64,000 nt of DNA, taken from assembly GCF_009914755.1 (NCBI RefSeq), contig NC_060938.1; one strand, written 5' to 3'. How positions within the stretch are numbered: the first letter of the stretch is position 1; each line of letters opens with the position of its first letter. The stretch is from the human T2T-CHM13v2.0 reference genome, Homo sapiens. The notes under the pieces were generated by a model, which did not search any database, was not told the DNA's origin, and saw only the letters and a program-made list of their open reading frames with translations. A program made the position numbers and the translations under genes. Of this stretch, positions 57,753-64,000 are shown piece after piece.

Positions 57753-58119
57753 ATAAAAAAACATGCATGGCTACATCAAAGTGAAAACTTTTTGCAAGGA
57801 AAAGGAAACAATGAGCCCAAAGAGGAAGGCTGGGAGAACAAATCACATATCCGCTAATGGGGGTTGTTATGGAAAATATGCAACACATTAATAGTACTAA
57901 GTAGCAACAACAAACAAATGATCCATCCAAAACTGAGCAGGGAACCTGAATAGGCATTTCTGCAAAGAAGACATTAAACCACATGGAAGGGCGCTTCCTC
58001 CACAGTCAGGTGGCCGTGACTAGATGGACAGAGTTAGGCAGACGCTGTGGGGGGCGGGGGTGTTGAGAAAAGTGACCCCTATGTCCCGACGGCTGGGAAA
58101 CAAATGTAAAAGTTCAGTA

Positions 58120-58558
58120 GACCACCTGCAGTAGTTCATGCCTGTAATCCCGGCACTTTGGGAAGCTGAGGCGAGAGGATTGCTTTGAGCTCAGAAGTTT
58201 GAGACCAGCCTGGGCAACATGGCGAAACCCTGCCTCTACCAAAAATACAAGAAAAACAAAATTCAGCAGACCAGGCACAGTAGTTCACACCTGTAATCCC
58301 AGCACTTAGGGAAGCCGAAGTGGAAGGATTGCTTTGAGTTCAGAAGTTCAAGATAAGCCTGGGTAACATGGCGAAACCCCGTGGCCAGCAAAAATATGAA
58401 AAAAAAAAAATAGCTGGGCATGGTGGCACAAGCCCAGCTAATGGGGAGACTGAGGCTGGAGAATCCCTTGAGCCCAGAAAGTGGAGGCTGCAGTGAGCTG
58501 AGATCTGCCACTGCACTCCAGGATGCACAACAGGGCCAGACCCTATCTCCAAAAAAAT
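58120..58558 (+). mobile_element. AluJ with a duplicated left arm (three monomers)
   Basis: Two successive cctgtaatccc...ggattgctttgag left arms followed by one right arm. Confidence 0.85.
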
Positions 58559-58894
58559 AAAACCAATTAAAAAATCAGCAAACCCTGGAGGTGGCTGGGA
58601 TCCTTTCCTTCCACCTGAGGCTTGGATGCAAGGCAGCCAAACTGGGGCCTGGTCCCAAAACCCCACCTAGGCCGGGCTTCCTCTTCCTCCCACAGCCAGA
58701 GCTTTCCTCTCTCTCCATCTACATGGGGAGTCTCCCTCAGAAACAGCCCTAAAGCCTCCTACTCTTTCCAACCTCAAAAGCCCTCAGGGACTGAGTACTA
58801 CTATAAAATTCATACTAAGATGGAAAGAAAGAAAAAAGGAAGACCCATCAGGAATACATAGAACATTCCAGAAAACGAAAGCTTCTGTACTCAC

Positions 58895-59070
58895 CATGAT
58901 GGAAGAACTCCCCGAAGAAGCCAGCCGCAGAGAAGCCACACCAAAGCTCTGTCCTCAGCCGTCAGCGCCACGGACAGGAGGTGTTTCTTCCCCAGGATGC
59001 AGCCTCAAGTTATCCCGAAGCTGCCGTGGCACACGGTGGCTCCTGAGAACACCTTGGCTCTTCCGGTTTA
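58895..59070 (-). promoter_or_regulatory. Candidate distal first exon A / promoter of POTE
   Basis: GC/CpG-richer island among L1s; strong donor ATG|gtgagt at 58895/58894; ETS-type CCGGAAG at ~59059-59065 on the minus strand. Confidence 0.55.
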
Positions 59071-59074
59071 ACAC

Positions 59075-61370
<2,296 letters not shown>

Positions 61371-61404
61371 CAATAAGTTTTTGTGTATCTGTGTATGCAT
61401 CACA

Positions 61405-63940
61405 TATTTTTTAACTTTCTTCACAAGTTCATTGAGATGTAATTTATACGTTATTTAATTCACTCATTTAAAGTGTACATTTCAATTTGTTAGTGTATTA
61501 ACTGGGTGGATAAACAATCACAATATAATTTTAGAACATTTTTATGCTCCTTAAAAGAAACCTTGCACTCATTAGCAATCTTTTCCCATTTTCTCCACTT
61601 CCTTGAAACCCCTCCCAGCCCTAGGCAACCATCCACCCACTTCCTAACTAAGGATTTGCCTACTCTGGAAGGATTTGCCTGTTCCGGACATTTCATGTAA
61701 ATGGAATCATAATAATACATAGTTACGTGTGACCCACTGCTTTCACTTATGTTTTTAACGTTCATCCTTTTTGAAGCATGTATATTAATACCTTTTTCTT
61801 TTTTATTGCCAAATACTATTGTATTTCATGGACAGACCACATTTTATTAATCCACTCTGCAATTCATGGACATTTCTGTTGCTTCCCACTTTTTGTTGCT
61901 GTAAGTACTTGTATGCTACCTTTTGAGTAGACATTTGTTTTCATTTCTTTTTGGTGTATACATAGGAGTTAATTTACTGAGTCATATGGTAATTCTATAC
62001 TTATCCTCTTGAAGAACTGCCAGACTGTTTTAAACTCTCATCAGCAGTGTATAAGGGTTTCAAATTTTCACATATTTTTAATCCATTCTTCAGTTGATAA
62101 ACACTTAGGTTGTTTCTAAATCACAGCTATTATGAATAACTCTGCAATGAACATGAAATTGCAGATGTCTCTTTGACATACTGATTTTAAGTTCTTCAGA
62201 CGTATATCCAGAAGAGGCATTGATGAATCATAATGTAAATATATTTATAATTTCTTGAGAAAGCTTCATACTATTTTCCAAGATGGTGGTAATAATTTCA
62301 ATTCCGACCAACAGTGTACAACCGTTTTCTCCACATTCTAATCAATAGTTATCTTCCATCATTTTTTAATTATTTATTTATTTATTTACTGAGATGAAGT
62401 CTTGCTCTGTCACCCAGGCTGGAGTGCAGTGGCGCAATCTTGCTCACTGCAACCTCTACCTCCCAGGTTCAAGCAATTCTTCTGCCTCACCCTCCCAAGT
62501 AGCTGGAATTACAGGTGCATGCCACCACGCCCAACTAATTTTTTGTATTTTTAGTAGAGACGGGGATTCACCATGTTGGCCAGGCTGGTCTAAAACTCCT
62601 GACCTCAGGCAATCCACCTGCCTTGGACTCCCAAAGTGCTGAGATTTCAGGTGTGAGCCACCGTGCCCCGCCACATCTTTTTTATAATAACCTCAGTAAC
62701 ATCTGTGAGATAATATCTTCATGGTTTTGACATCTATTTCTCTGATAATTAGGAATGTTGATGTTTTTTATCAACATTTTTGATAAAAATCTGGCCTTTT
62801 GTATGTCTGTTTTTAGAAAATGTCTATTCAACTCCTTTACTTATTTTTTAGTAAGCTTGTTTTCTCATTTCTGGGTTGAGTTCCTTACATATTATTGGTA
62901 TGAACCCCTTACCTGAGATATGGTTTAAAGACATTCTCTTCCCATTTGTGGGTTGTCTCTTCAATCTATTACTGTTTCTTTTGCTGTGCAGAGAAGCTTC
63001 TTAGTTTTACGGCATCTCGTTCGTGTATTTTTGCTTTTGTTGCCTGTACTTTTTGGGGTCATCTGTAGAAAATCATAGCTGAGGCCACTGTCATATGGTT
63101 TTCTCCTGTCTTTGCTTGTAGCGGTTTTATGGTTTCAGGTTTATATTTAAGTCTTTCATGCATTGCTACTTGATGTTGGTATAAAGAGTGAAATAACAAT
63201 CCAATTTTATTCTTCTGTATGTGAATAGTCAGTTTTTCTCTACATTATTTATTGAAGAGAATTTTCTTTCCACATTGTGTATTCTTTGTCCTTTTATCAA
63301 AAATCAACGGACCACAGACACATGGATTTATTTACAGGTTCTACATTCCTTCACACTGGTCTAGGTGTCTGTTTTTATGCCAGTGCTATGCTGTTTTAAG
63401 TACTATAACTTTTTAATATTGTTTAAAATCAAGTAGCCTGATGCCTCTGGCTTTGTTCTTTTTGCTCAAGATTGCTTTGGTTTTTCAGAGTCTTTTGTGG
63501 TTCCACTCAGATTTTAGGACTAATTTTTCTATTTCTGTGAAGAATGGCATGGGATTTTGACAGTGATTGCATTAATCTGTAGATTGCTTTCGGTAGCATT
63601 GAAATTTTGACGATATTAATTTTTCAAATCCATAAATATGGGATGTTTTTCTACTTATGTCACTTTCAATTTCTTTCAACAATGCTATAAATTTTCAGTA
63701 TACAAATATTTCACATCCTTCATTAAAATTACTCCTTAGTCTTTTATTTACTTATATATGTTATGATGCTATTATCAAATGAATTACTTTATTCATTTGT
63801 TTTTCAGTTAACAGTTTGTCATTGGTGTATAGAAACAAGAATACTATTTGTATGTTAATTTTGTAACTCTCAACTTTCAATGCGTTTATCAGCTTTAACA
63901 CTTTTTTTCTTTTTTATGGAGTCTTTAAGATTATCTCTAT
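61405..63940 (-). mobile_element. Old L1M fragments, interrupted by an Alu
   Basis: Antisense L1 3'UTR/ORF2 motifs (ccctaggcaacca, gatgcctctggctttgttctttttgctcaagattgc). Confidence 0.75.
62365..62673 (-). mobile_element. AluS
   Basis: Antisense Alu with (TTTA)n tail. Confidence 0.93.
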
Positions 63941-63943
63941 ATT

Positions 63944-64000
63944 GGCTGGGCACGGTGGCTCATGCCTGTAATCCCGGCACTTTGGGAGGCCGAAGTGTGT
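63944..64000 (+). mobile_element. Alu 5' end, cut by the window edge
   Basis: ggctgggcacggtggctcatgcctgtaatcc. Confidence 0.9.

Larger units (their letters stand above)
49340..57980 (+). mobile_element. Block of degenerate, tandemly duplicated old L1 (L1M/L1PB-like) ORF2 3'/3'UTR segments
   Basis: Repeated acaaccatctgacctttga (49381, 54702), gatgggagaaaatgttcccaaac (~49744, ~55065) and three L1M 3' ends. Confidence 0.75.

Overview
Hominid (human or great-ape) pericentromeric DNA carrying one complete POTE ankyrin-domain gene on the minus strand. Ten coding exons (43666 to 13969) splice to 1638 nt = 545 aa: four 37-aa Cys-rich repeats, ankyrin repeats and a C-terminus ending ...QIEVAENEF*, which is the POTEH (POTE-22) type of the POTEG/H/M group. 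A 2-nt deletion in exon 10 stops translation 1 nt before the last splice donor. This uncouples the downstream beta-actin retrocopy (11130-12257), whose ORF is nevertheless fully intact and has an in-frame AUG 8 nt upstream of the POTE stop. The introns hold a U6 pseudogene, a 5'-truncated NOP58 retrocopy, a fossil CCDC144/ANKRD26-type exon and many Alu/L1/L2/MER elements. Upstream lie a CpG-rich VNTR promoter and a tandemly duplicated block of old L1. That block supplies three paralogous 112-114-nt candidate 5' exons fed by a distal first exon at about 58.9-59.1 kb; these could splice into cryptic acceptors present in each Cys-rich repeat. The first 4.9 kb is a composite ~630-bp satellite built from inverted arms, with a 1793-bp near-identical repeat offset and internal inversions. 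Repeat subfamily names and homologies are from recognition only; no searches were run.
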